The notes under the pieces: model-generated | Told to the model about the DNA's origin: nothing | Databases searched by the model: none | What the model saw: the letters and a program-made list of their open reading frames with translations, nothing else | Program-made: the position numbers and the translations under genes | Shown here: piece after piece, positions 53,431 through 62,560 of the stretch | Layout of the letters: each line of letters begins with the position of its first letter | Numbering within the stretch: the first letter of the stretch is position 1 | IMG/VR virus record: IMGVR_UViG_3300044826_000112 | Direction: 5' to 3' (one strand) | Length of the DNA: 64,000 bases | From: a virus

Positions 53431-54064
53431 GCGTGTTTTGGCGGTGACAGCTGTAGCCGCCATAACCATGGGCTTTAGCAGCACCCATGAAGTAATAACT
53501 AGCTGCGAAGCATACGCTGCCTCTTACGCAGTCGTTCAGAAGAGAGCCCGGATGCATCGAATCGATGAGTCCGGTAAGAGTGAGATCTACACTCGGTTCT
53601 GGGAAGAACGAGCAAATGAGAAGAGGAAGATCCGTACCATAAATGGCAAAGTCATCTGGGATACTCCGGTATCTCGGGGGGAAAATCTAATACGGAGCGA
53701 TTATGGCTATTACGTTAGAGAATATCCTGATGTACCAAGCACGGTATACACCTCGGAAGACGCTTATGGTTGGCATAATCAGATCGATGTTGTGGTCACG
53801 GCCTGGACAATGGATGGCCTACAGTATCGACTCAGAGCTGACCAGTACCAGCAGTGTATGGCAAGCCTTCATCGGCCAACTCCTGCCTACGAGTGGTACG
53901 GAATTGTACTATCAACAGAAATAATCAAGGAGAATGAAGAGAAATGGCCTATAGCACTTTTGGCGAAAAACGTGTGGACCACACTGTACAACCGATGTTC
54001 TTCGGTACTCCGGTTAACGTGGCTCGATACGACCGAGTCAAGTACGACGAGTTCAACGACCTGA
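53381..54064 (+). CDS. hypothetical exported protein (3' end overlaps nrdB)
   Basis: Signal-like N-term, fills gap before nrdB. Confidence 0.55.
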   Translation: MVNRLLKRTARSYGITKRVLAVTAVAAITMGFSSTHEVITSCEAYAASYAVVQKRARMHRIDESGKSEIYTRFWEERANEKRKIRTINGKVIWDTPVSRGENLIRSDYGYYVREYPDVPSTVYTSEDAYGWHNQIDVVVTAWTMDGLQYRLRADQYQQCMASLHRPTPAYEWYGIVLSTEIIKENEEKWPIALLAKNVWTTLYNRCSSVLRLTWLDTTESSTTSSTT

Positions 54065-55053
54065 CGACTCGTCAGCTGGCGTTCTTCTGGCGTCCTGAAG
54101 AGATCGACCTGTCCATCGACCGCGTCGACTTCAACCAGCACATGCAGGAGCATGAGCGTCACATCTTCACCTCCAACCTGAAGTATCAGACCCTGCTGGA
54201 CTCCGTCCAAGGTCGTGCTTTGGTTCTGGCATTGATGAAGATCACTTCGCTGCCTGAGCTGGAGAACTGGATCGAGACTTGGTCTTTCTCCGAGACCATT
54301 CACTCTCGCTCCTACAGCCACATCATCCGCAACCTAGTAGCGGATCCCGACGTTATCTTCAACGATATCGTCGAGAACAAGTACATTTCTGAGCGTGCTC
54401 GTTCGGTAACGGACCGCTACGACCGCTTCATCAAGATGGTCGATGAGTATTCCCATGCGGAAGACCTCGCGATGTTCGACCTGAAGGTCATGAAGCGTGA
54501 CCTGTACCTGCTGCTGGTTGACATCAATGCCCTGGAAGCTCTTCGCTTCTATGTGAGCTTTGCGTGCTCCTTCGCCTTCGCTGAGCGTGAGCTCATGGAG
54601 GGTAACGCCAAGATCATCAAGCTGATCGCCCGGGACGAGGCCCTCCACAAGGAGGGCACCGTTACCATCCTTCGTCTTTTGCGTACCAGCGAAGACGCAG
54701 ACTTCCGGGCAATCGCCAATGATCCTGAAGTTCACAAAGAGATCGATCTGATCTACGCATCGATCGTTCAGCAAGAGAGTGAATGGGCCGACTACCTGTT
54801 CAAGGACGGGGCTATGATCGGCCTGAACGCAACCATTGTGAAGCAGTACATGCAATGGATTGCGGATATCAACCTGCGTCTTATCGGTCGCCCGGCTATG
54901 TTCGGCATCAAGAGCAACCCGCTGCCCTGGATGTCCAACTACACCAACTCCTCTGATGTACAAGTTGCACCTCAGGAGACCGAACTGACCTCTTACCGTA
55001 CTGCTGACCTTGCAGCAGATACTCATGGAGCTGATCTCGATGTGGAACTCTGA
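53944..55053 (+). CDS. nrdB: ribonucleotide reductase class Ia beta subunit
   Basis: FFWRPEE, QTLLDSVQGR, ETIHSRSY, EALRFYVSFA, IARDEALH, VAPQETE..SY. Confidence 0.98.
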   Translation: MAYSTFGEKRVDHTVQPMFFGTPVNVARYDRVKYDEFNDLTTRQLAFFWRPEEIDLSIDRVDFNQHMQEHERHIFTSNLKYQTLLDSVQGRALVLALMKITSLPELENWIETWSFSETIHSRSYSHIIRNLVADPDVIFNDIVENKYISERARSVTDRYDRFIKMVDEYSHAEDLAMFDLKVMKRDLYLLLVDINALEALRFYVSFACSFAFAERELMEGNAKIIKLIARDEALHKEGTVTILRLLRTSEDADFRAIANDPEVHKEIDLIYASIVQQESEWADYLFKDGAMIGLNATIVKQYMQWIADINLRLIGRPAMFGIKSNPLPWMSNYTNSSDVQVAPQETELTSYRTADLAADTHGADLDVEL

Positions 55054-55366
55054 GTTTGAAGAGGCTGAACGTTTCGTTCGCCTCATCTCTATCCCGAAGA
55101 AGGCCGTAAGCGGTCCTGTCTTCATCGAAGTTCCGGAGGGTACCACCTTCCGGAATGAAATCCGTTGGCAGAACAATCGTCCTGTCATCATGGCTTCCTG
55201 CCCAACCCACCGCAACATGGTCAAGCTGCGTCTGTGCGTCTATCGCATTGCTGACGTACCGGTTGGCCGTGACATCTGTGGTCCGTACTGCCTGGGTACT
55301 TTTTACATGAACCTCGGCAAGATGGATACTTACGTGGCGTTCCTCGACGCCAACGTAGCAGAGTAA
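55040..55366 (+). CDS. hypothetical protein
   Basis: GGAG SD, terminator after. Confidence 0.6.
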   Translation: MWNSEFEEAERFVRLISIPKKAVSGPVFIEVPEGTTFRNEIRWQNNRPVIMASCPTHRNMVKLRLCVYRIADVPVGRDICGPYCLGTFYMNLGKMDTYVAFLDANVAE

Positions 55367-55390
55367 CTTCAAGGGCCCTTCGGGGCCCTT

Positions 55391-55450
55391 TGAGCATTAT
55401 CTTGCTCAAAATCCTCTAGACCAAGCCGATTTTGAGCAATAAGTTGCTCA
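55391..55450. promoter_or_regulatory. paired palindromic operator-like sites TGAGCA-N6-TGCTCA
   Basis: Two copies at 55391 and 55433 upstream of GGTATAAG at 55471. Confidence 0.6.
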
Positions 55451-55498
55451 TCCACATTCCCTCGTATCCAGGTATAAGTACCTTGGAGGAACACATAT

Positions 55499-56386
55499 AT
55501 GATCGAAATAGATGAATTGGAGAACCGCTGTGCCAACGGATTGATGGCGGCAGCTGGTTGTCTTCCGATTATGACCTTGGCGTCATATCGGGCTCAAGAG
55601 GCTATGGCCCGTCCGAAGTCTTCTGTTAGAGCAGTCTCCTGGGGTTTCATCTCATCGGTAGCCCTCGGGGCTATATGGGCTGCAACTCCTTGGGCTAAAG
55701 AAGAGCCTACGGAGAAGGATGAGGCAGAAGTTCTGAAGGCGTATCAACCACGTATCGTGATGTCCATTGCCAACGAGATCGGTGAAGACATCAAAGAGAC
55801 CGCAGACGACTATGCATACAAGATTGCCGATGAGGCAGGTAAGCGTCGTATGCGTGCAGAACGCTTTGAGAGCGTGCTGTGGGGTGATCGCTTCAAGCGT
55901 GAACACATAGAAGCACTGCATGACTCGGAACGCAGGAAGGACCTCAAGGAGCGTCTGATGCGTATCGATCCGGTGTATGGTGAGCGTCTGTTCTCATCGT
56001 ACGACGAGGCGGCGGCTCGCTACTATGATCTGCCAGAGTGGCGTTGGATGGATAACATCGATGAGAAGGAGAAGGATCGCAGTAGTGGAAGCTACTATCG
56101 TAATCCGTACCTCTCGTCAGGCAAGGAGGATACCTCACGGCCTACCTCTAAGTCAGTCTTCTCGTACCGATCTCCTACTCTTGAGAAGAAGATCGATGCA
56201 TCCAAGAAGGCTGCCGATGAGCGTAAAGCCGCAGCTGCCGTCCCAACCAAACGCTACGACACTTCCCGTTGGGATTCTGACGATGATGACGGTGAGGAGG
56301 TAGTGGTGCGGGAAACTCGTCACACTGACGTAGTAGATCGCCTCCTGGCGGGCGGCATAGACACAGACTTCGAGGATGAATCATGA
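55499..56386 (+). CDS. membrane-anchored hypothetical protein
   Basis: TM segment near aa 45-63, charged remainder. Confidence 0.65.
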   Translation: MIEIDELENRCANGLMAAAGCLPIMTLASYRAQEAMARPKSSVRAVSWGFISSVALGAIWAATPWAKEEPTEKDEAEVLKAYQPRIVMSIANEIGEDIKETADDYAYKIADEAGKRRMRAERFESVLWGDRFKREHIEALHDSERRKDLKERLMRIDPVYGERLFSSYDEAAARYYDLPEWRWMDNIDEKEKDRSSGSYYRNPYLSSGKEDTSRPTSKSVFSYRSPTLEKKIDASKKAADERKAAAAVPTKRYDTSRWDSDDDDGEEVVVRETRHTDVVDRLLAGGIDTDFEDES

Positions 56387-56862
56387 GTTGGTGGGGTAAC
56401 GGGTACCGTAGCGGGAGTACATATACGACCACTACTTCCAAGACCTCTCGTCGCCGTCCGAAAGATGGCGTCGACTTGGGGATCGAGGTGAATGTACGGC
56501 TTAAGCTGTACGAGCGTAGACACCTGAAGGGCCGCGGGGAGTCGGCCCTTGTGCAGTACCTCTTGCAGCATCCTAAGATAGAGGGCCTGCAAGTATCGTT
56601 CACCTGCCGCCGGGAGCAACTGCCCGAAGTGCTGGAGGCGATAGCAGAAAACAAGGAAGACATCATCAATATGAATGACTTCCAATTCGAGACATTCGGG
56701 GAGATGCTCCATGCAGTTGTGGAGAGTAACCTCGGTGTAAAACTGGATGACGACACAAAGGAAGCTTTGACAGGCAAATCCCACTCCGTACGGCCGGATA
56801 AAAGGGAGAAGCCGAAGTCAAGTGACCCTCTGTCACTCATTCGGATGAAAGGGGAGGATTGA
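56383..56862 (+). CDS. hypothetical protein
   Basis: ATGA coupling. Confidence 0.65.
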   Translation: MSWWGNGYRSGSTYTTTTSKTSRRRPKDGVDLGIEVNVRLKLYERRHLKGRGESALVQYLLQHPKIEGLQVSFTCRREQLPEVLEAIAENKEDIINMNDFQFETFGEMLHAVVESNLGVKLDDDTKEALTGKSHSVRPDKREKPKSSDPLSLIRMKGED

Positions 56863-56913
56863 TCCTCCCCGCTCCTTTTTATATACTTCCGGGTATACAC
56901 AAAGGAGACGGAT

Positions 56914-57540
56914 ATGAACACAATTGTCGTAGGAATTGCAGGATTGGCCGGTGCTGGCAAGGATACCTTCGCAAACTACCTCATCGAAGAGCTGAAGAAG
57001 TACCAGGTGAGCGTCGGCACGTATGCCTTCGCAGAGCCGGTTAAGCACGTTGCAGGATATGTTTTCGGTATGACCGAGGAAGAGCTTCACACCCAGGCTG
57101 GTAAAGCTGCAGTGGCTATTCATGGCTACGGCTTGACCAACCGTGAGATTCTCCAAAAGGTTGGTACCGAGAGCTTCCGCGACGTGTTTGCCCAGCAGAT
57201 CTGGATCGACTTCGCTAATCGAGTACTGAGTGAGCGGACCGAGGTCTTTACCATCATCACCGATCTCCGTTTCGAGAACGAACTGAACTTCGTTCAAAGC
57301 AACGGCATTTCCATCCGGATCGACGCACCAAAACGGAACAAGATTACAGTGCCTGATCACCCGTCTGAACGCTTCGTGCAGAACATGCCGGTAGATGTCG
57401 TTGTTAGCAACGATGGCTCCCTGGCAGACTTGCAAGTAGCAGCGGCCGAGGTGGCACAAGTGCTGATTTTCCCTTTAGCTGAGCAGCTTCAGGGTAACAT
57501 TGGAGCTAACTATGCTAGCCATTTCAAACCTGCCGTCTGA
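56914..57540 (+). CDS. deoxynucleoside monophosphate kinase
   Basis: GIAGLAGAGKDT, FAEPVK, REILQKVGTE..R, ITDLRFENE, HPSE. Confidence 0.92.
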   Translation: MNTIVVGIAGLAGAGKDTFANYLIEELKKYQVSVGTYAFAEPVKHVAGYVFGMTEEELHTQAGKAAVAIHGYGLTNREILQKVGTESFRDVFAQQIWIDFANRVLSERTEVFTIITDLRFENELNFVQSNGISIRIDAPKRNKITVPDHPSERFVQNMPVDVVVSNDGSLADLQVAAAEVAQVLIFPLAEQLQGNIGANYASHFKPAV

Positions 57541-58207
57541 CGGTAGTGATTGGGGTCCTATGGACCCCACCTTTTCTTTTAGCCATGACGTAAATTCCCC
57601 ACTGCGAAATATCCAGTGCGGCAAGCGAGATCAGTATCCTCTAAACGAATTGGATATGGTCTACTCCCCAGAGAAACCTGAAGATATCCATACGATGCAC
57701 TTCGTCATCGATGAGATTGAAGAAGAACCTGAAGATACCGAATATGTTTTCATTGATAGTCCAGTTCTTTCGTATATTAGAGCCAACCTTTCCCTACTCC
57801 CTAAGTGCATGGTTACGGATCCTCTCGGTGATGTTCACTATGTTTATCAATGCTACTCGTTCACGCGCCCAATCTATTACACGATTTCAGATAACATCGT
57901 GTCTATCAGCCGTAATCGCCCTGTTTATCCTTTTGGGTCTACTTGTAGCGATTTCGATGTATCTCTTCTCCTGGATCACCGTCCCCGCCTCGTAGAGGCA
58001 ACCTACCTCTTAAGCTTCTCCCCTGTCGACACCATGATGATCTTTGGTGGGCGTTATGACGTCGTCGGGAAATTCTTCAAGTACGGTAAGGAATTCTGGG
58101 GAGATGTGAAGGAGCATCTGATGGATATCGTTCAGGAGCAGGAACGCCGTCGGATTGCCGAACAAAAGCTCTATAACTACACAGAAATGCTCTTCTCCAA
58201 GGTATAA
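57500..58207 (+). CDS. hypothetical protein
   Basis: 235-aa ORF filling interval. Confidence 0.6.
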   Translation: MELTMLAISNLPSDGSDWGPMDPTFSFSHDVNSPLRNIQCGKRDQYPLNELDMVYSPEKPEDIHTMHFVIDEIEEEPEDTEYVFIDSPVLSYIRANLSLLPKCMVTDPLGDVHYVYQCYSFTRPIYYTISDNIVSISRNRPVYPFGSTCSDFDVSLLLDHRPRLVEATYLLSFSPVDTMMIFGGRYDVVGKFFKYGKEFWGDVKEHLMDIVQEQERRRIAEQKLYNYTEMLFSKV

Positions 58208-58250
58208 GTATATTGGAGGTGGATAAGATGCCACCGTAACTTCGGAGAGT

Positions 58251-58511
58251 ATGATGTTTCAAGTAAGAATCCCTATGGCAGGTCGATCTGCCAAGGATAT
58301 GTTGGACTTCGCCCAAAGCAAGGCTAAGGAGCGTAAGGGATGCCTGATTATGGGCACAACGGAAGCTGGTCAGGTGCACGATGATGGTAAGCATCTTGCA
58401 AACTATCATTTTGACGCAGACCACATGGTCGTCAACGTACTCCACAAGCCCTTGTTCGTTCCCCAAGGGTTGGTAGAACGGGAATTACACAAGTTATTTG
58501 CGGCGAGCTAA
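58251..58511 (+). CDS. hypothetical protein
   Basis: After GGTATAAG, GGAG SD. Confidence 0.65.
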   Translation: MMFQVRIPMAGRSAKDMLDFAQSKAKERKGCLIMGTTEAGQVHDDGKHLANYHFDADHMVVNVLHKPLFVPQGLVERELHKLFAAS

Positions 58512-58532
58512 GCCCCAGAGGGGCCAAAATTT

Positions 58533-58558
58533 AAGAAGGGCACGAAGGCCCTTCTTTT
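58533..58558. terminator. bidirectional terminator at strand switch
   Basis: AAGAAGGGC..GCCCTTCTTTT. Confidence 0.75.
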
Positions 58559-58949
58559 AGTCTGCAATCTCGAAGTGAGGCAGGTCGTTGAAGGAGTTAT
58601 CCTTCAACTCCGTGTTCTGGTTCCAGTCACCACCCCAGCGTAGCTTGATGCCCATAGTGGCAGCGATGCCTACTACGAAGCCTGCGAAGTAACGCATGCG
58701 GTTGGTGTCGTTCCAGTCGATAGGGTAAGGCAGAACGTCAGCCGCCAGGGACGGAGTCTTGTTGTGCTTACCTTGCGGATACTTCAGCTTGGACTTACCT
58801 TCAGCGAAGGCCTTGTTCTGAGCTGCTTCTCCACGGTGACCCTCGATGACGGTGCAATCAAAGTGCTTGATGACTTCGTTGAACACCTTCTGCAGGCGTG
58901 GATCACAAGTTGCTAGCTTCTCCTGCGAAGCTTTACCGAATGCTGGCAT
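58557..58949 (-). CDS. endolysin, L-Ala-D-Glu peptidase (M15 family)
   Basis: EGHR....Q; KHN..PS.A.D; LRWGGDW; D.PHFE. Confidence 0.93.
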   Translation of the reverse strand: MPAFGKASQEKLATCDPRLQKVFNEVIKHFDCTVIEGHRGEAAQNKAFAEGKSKLKYPQGKHNKTPSLAADVLPYPIDWNDTNRMRYFAGFVVGIAATMGIKLRWGGDWNQNTELKDNSFNDLPHFEIAD

Positions 58950-59486
58950 TTACTTTCTCCCAGTTTGCTGGGACATCATAGGGATGTCCTTCATGTCAGA
59001 AGACTTGGACGAACCGAAGTAGTAGTTCAGGATAGTTGTCCACGCCGTGCCTAGCGAACCTAAAAGGATGTTCAGCACGTTTAGCATTGTACCCTCGACC
59101 TTCACGAAGATCAGGGTGAACAGGATACCAAAGAACCCTACTGTAACGGCCCCGGCAAGAGCACGGGGAGTCCAGTCTCGTAGTACGATCTCGCGTTGAC
59201 GAGCGTCGGAACGATCGGCGAGATACATACCAGTTTCCTTAATGCCAAGCTCCTTCATCTTGACCTTGAAGTCGTTGTCTAGCTCCTTCATCTTGGTCAG
59301 AACTGCGGGATCACCCGTCTGAACAAGCTTCTCGAGCTTAGCTTCCAACTGGTCTTGAGTATCGCCTTCTGTGTCTCCTAGGAGACTGTCAGCGAGGAAC
59401 TTAGTAGCCACGCCAGCAAGAGGACCACCAAGGGCAGTCCCCAGAGCTGGAGCGACAGTTTTAACCATGTCTCTCCATTCAAACAC
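58950..59486 (-). CDS. holin-like membrane protein (GTA 3TM-holin-like)
   Basis: VAP.LGTALGGPL.G.A; DR.DAR.RE; two TMs ending YYFGSS; adjacent to endolysin. Confidence 0.75.
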   Translation of the reverse strand: MFEWRDMVKTVAPALGTALGGPLAGVATKFLADSLLGDTEGDTQDQLEAKLEKLVQTGDPAVLTKMKELDNDFKVKMKELGIKETGMYLADRSDARQREIVLRDWTPRALAGAVTVGFFGILFTLIFVKVEGTMLNVLNILLGSLGTAWTTILNYYFGSSKSSDMKDIPMMSQQTGRK

Positions 59487-59844
59487 TGAATACCTCTACT
59501 ACAGGCCCTCTTTGCTCAGTACTTTGATGGACAAGAGCCTTGAAGCTCTTCTTCATCGTCTCCATCGTACGCAGCAGCTGTTCCTTACTGTCGTACGCCA
59601 CCGACATCTCCGAGTGTCGAACCAGCCGAGAGCCAAAACCGGAAGCGGGTTTGTTCGGATTGTACAGAGGATACTTGCCTAGCTCGTCCAGGTAGCACAG
59701 AGTCTGGTACTCTCCTAAGGTGCCATCTTCCTTGCGTTCGTGCAGAAAGATGTCCTTGGACACTTCAGACCCGTCACCTACCCGGGCCTTCAGTGTGTAC
59801 TTGCCTCTCACGAGCTCATGTGTCAGCTCAAGAGTATTAGGCAT
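59479..59844 (-). CDS. hypothetical (late/structural) protein
   Basis: GGAG SD before ATG at 59844. Confidence 0.65.
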   Translation of the reverse strand: MPNTLELTHELVRGKYTLKARVGDGSEVSKDIFLHERKEDGTLGEYQTLCYLDELGKYPLYNPNKPASGFGSRLVRHSEMSVAYDSKEQLLRTMETMKKSFKALVHQSTEQRGPVVEVFSV

Positions 59845-60334
59845 ATACGATTCTCCAAGAGAACTGCAGGGAGAAGGACTCATTTTTAGGTACGGCTCGG
59901 AATGTCTTGATGTTAAACATGTCGCCGGCCTTCTTGAACAAGCCTACTTCACTGATGTTCTGGTCGTTACCTTCATCCTGGGTCAGAGCGAACACTACGA
60001 GGATGTAATCCTGAGCGTCAGTATCCTTGGACGCCGTAATAGTGATCTTGTTGTTGTTGATGTTCAGCGGTGCGTACAGGTTGTTACGGGTAGGATCCGG
60101 GTTGATCGGACGCTTACCTTCCGGGTCCATGGTACCGCCAGTACCCACCTTGAAGCTCGTCAGGATGTCTGGACGAGCCATTTCGTCATACAGGAAGGAT
60201 AGGTGGTGACGCTTACTCTTACGAGTGATCACGTTCTTCTCTTCGGTGAAGACGTTCTCGACGGTGCCATCAGCGAACACCTTGTCGATAGTAAGGTAGC
60301 CAAAGGCTACCGCATTCTCTACTAAATCCATCAT
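59837..60334 (-). CDS. putative baseplate/tail fibre attachment protein
   Basis: N.IT; VGTGG; EGN...ISEVGLF....MF..KTF....K.....L...W.I pattern. Confidence 0.65.
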   Translation of the reverse strand: MMDLVENAVAFGYLTIDKVFADGTVENVFTEEKNVITRKSKRHHLSFLYDEMARPDILTSFKVGTGGTMDPEGKRPINPDPTRNNLYAPLNINNNKITITASKDTDAQDYILVVFALTQDEGNDQNISEVGLFKKAGDMFNIKTFRAVPKNESFSLQFSWRIVYA

Positions 60335-60338
60335 TTCG

Positions 60339-62558
60339 TTACACCTTCTTGTAAATCTTCAGCGGCTTGTCCAGGTCTCCGTACACACCAGAACGGTTGA
60401 GGTACAGGGTATATCCGCCGTCTCTATCCACGTAGGCACCCTTCTCGTTATCTCGAGACATCAGGAAGGATGGCTCCAGATTGATCGTAGAGCGGTTCAG
60501 CAGAGCTGGGCGGTATCCGGTGAAGTCAGTAGCATCCGCTCCTCCCGCTGGGTAGCTCAGCTTGTTGTAGTCGAACTCGATTACCAAGTCGATCTCATCA
60601 GTACGAGGTACTGGGAAATAGGTCGGGCGAACCTTCACGTTACGCTCGATCACATATACCGCCCAGACGTGGCGGAAGATCTCTGCTACGACGATGTCTA
60701 CTGTGTCGCCAAATGCCTGACGTGGAGGCACGTACATCTGTAGATTATGGCGAGACAGCAGTGGGTCTAAGCCTAGTTCTGAGATCTGGAAGTCAAACAC
60801 CTCTTCTAGCATAGGGTGGTTGAAGCCAGTGCCCGGCGTTGAAGCGACTTTGCTACGCATCATTACGTCGTCCCACACTAATTTTAGTGGAACGTTACGC
60901 ACAACTTTCATTTTGGAGTTGTCCAGGTCGAAGGAGATGTACACCTTCTTGAACTTCTCCAAGATCTCACTGGCAGTAGCCGAGTAGAGAGGGATCAGCT
61001 GCTTCTCAAGGAAAGTCTCGCCTTTATCTGCTGGATAGCAGCTCTTAGCTGGTACATTCCACTCCATGTTGTCGAACGACTCATTGATATCCCCACGGCG
61101 TCCACGGATGGCGGTGCTGCGAGTTCTGGAGATGACGTTGTCACCACGAGTACGGAACATAGGAGCCATGCGTGCACGATCGATGTCCTCAACAAACTGG
61201 AACTCAGGGACCCAGCCACCGATACCAGAACGGACCAGTCCATCCACGTTAACCCCAATGTCATCCGCATCAGAGTCATCGCCAAGACGCTTCTTCACGC
61301 CCATCGGAACTTGGTAGCGGTTGTACCAGTTCTTACCGCGGTAGAACTCAGTCTGAGGATTGTTACGGATGAACAGCTCGATAGGCAAGCCTTGCCCCAG
61401 GTTGTCTTCGATGGAGACGTCCAGCAGATACGAGAAGTCCTCCTTCAGATCAACGATTTCATCGCCAACCGGAGCTTGCCATACGAAGATCGGGAAGGTG
61501 TAGCTAGGTTTCACACGGTCCACGATCTCACGGACGGTCTGGTAAGCATCCAGTGACACACCTGCTTGCTTAAAGAGAACCTGGAAGGTGTGGTTCTTCA
61601 GGTGAGAACGCATCAGGCGATCTGTTACGTTACCAGGCACAGCAGGTGGCAGCTCGGTGTTATTCAGCAGCTGCTTAGGGATAAAGCTGTTGATCCACCA
61701 ATCGCCATCCTTTTGATAGTCACGTACCTCGATCCAAGAGGCCAGCTGCTGGCCGGACTGGATGATGTCTCCTACTTCGATGTCTGGGCGGAAACCATAC
61801 GGGATGTCGTAGTACTGGGATGCAGTAACTACGATCCAGTGACCATTCACACGGTCTTGGATAACGGATAGCACCTTCTCAGTCTGGCGGGCGTACGGCA
61901 GACCAAGAGCCAGGTTCAGACCTTGCTCGATGTACTGGATGTTAGGCCCATGGCCATATAGGAAGTACAAACCCTTCAGGAAATCTTTGTAGCGACCGAT
62001 CGCCTTCTCTGGCGTCATATCAACTAAGTAGCCATACAGCTTCTCAAGCTGACCTTCATCCACGCAGTAGTCGGTTGCCCAGATGGCGTATTCCTCAACG
62101 CCCAGCTTAGTCGGACGCTTAGGGAAAGCCAGTTCGAACAGCGGACGATACAGCAGCAGCTCACCATCGTTGATCTCGAAGTGAACACCACGCTCCAACG
62201 TAAGGGTTGGAAGCAGAGGGCGGTTCATCAAGTACTTAACAGTAGTCACACCTTCAGGAAGACGGAAGCGAACCGATAGTCCTGGCTCTGGAGAGTCCTC
62301 TTGAGACAGACGGATCAGCTTGATCTGGGAGTTGTAGGTCTCCTGGATAGAATCCAAGGAGATGTTACCTGCAAGCTGCAAGAATCGGCTGTAGACGTCA
62401 CCAAGTTGGAAGGTAGACGCCTCTAGGATCCCATCGACCAGCTCGGAATCCTCAAAGATGGACACCCAGAAGTCAGACAGACCATACAGGTAAGTAAGGG
62501 AACTTTGGTTCCCTTCGTTTACGTTTAGGCCAAGCTTGCTGGCCGGGGAGATGAACAT
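60339..62558 (-). CDS. putative baseplate wedge protein
   Basis: Follows baseplate J-like gene; GP....I..GL...LGLP and VKPSYT motifs. Confidence 0.6.
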   Translation of the reverse strand: MFISPASKLGLNVNEGNQSSLTYLYGLSDFWVSIFEDSELVDGILEASTFQLGDVYSRFLQLAGNISLDSIQETYNSQIKLIRLSQEDSPEPGLSVRFRLPEGVTTVKYLMNRPLLPTLTLERGVHFEINDGELLLYRPLFELAFPKRPTKLGVEEYAIWATDYCVDEGQLEKLYGYLVDMTPEKAIGRYKDFLKGLYFLYGHGPNIQYIEQGLNLALGLPYARQTEKVLSVIQDRVNGHWIVVTASQYYDIPYGFRPDIEVGDIIQSGQQLASWIEVRDYQKDGDWWINSFIPKQLLNNTELPPAVPGNVTDRLMRSHLKNHTFQVLFKQAGVSLDAYQTVREIVDRVKPSYTFPIFVWQAPVGDEIVDLKEDFSYLLDVSIEDNLGQGLPIELFIRNNPQTEFYRGKNWYNRYQVPMGVKKRLGDDSDADDIGVNVDGLVRSGIGGWVPEFQFVEDIDRARMAPMFRTRGDNVISRTRSTAIRGRRGDINESFDNMEWNVPAKSCYPADKGETFLEKQLIPLYSATASEILEKFKKVYISFDLDNSKMKVVRNVPLKLVWDDVMMRSKVASTPGTGFNHPMLEEVFDFQISELGLDPLLSRHNLQMYVPPRQAFGDTVDIVVAEIFRHVWAVYVIERNVKVRPTYFPVPRTDEIDLVIEFDYNKLSYPAGGADATDFTGYRPALLNRSTINLEPSFLMSRDNEKGAYVDRDGGYTLYLNRSGVYGDLDKPLKIYKKV

Positions 62559-62560
62559 GC

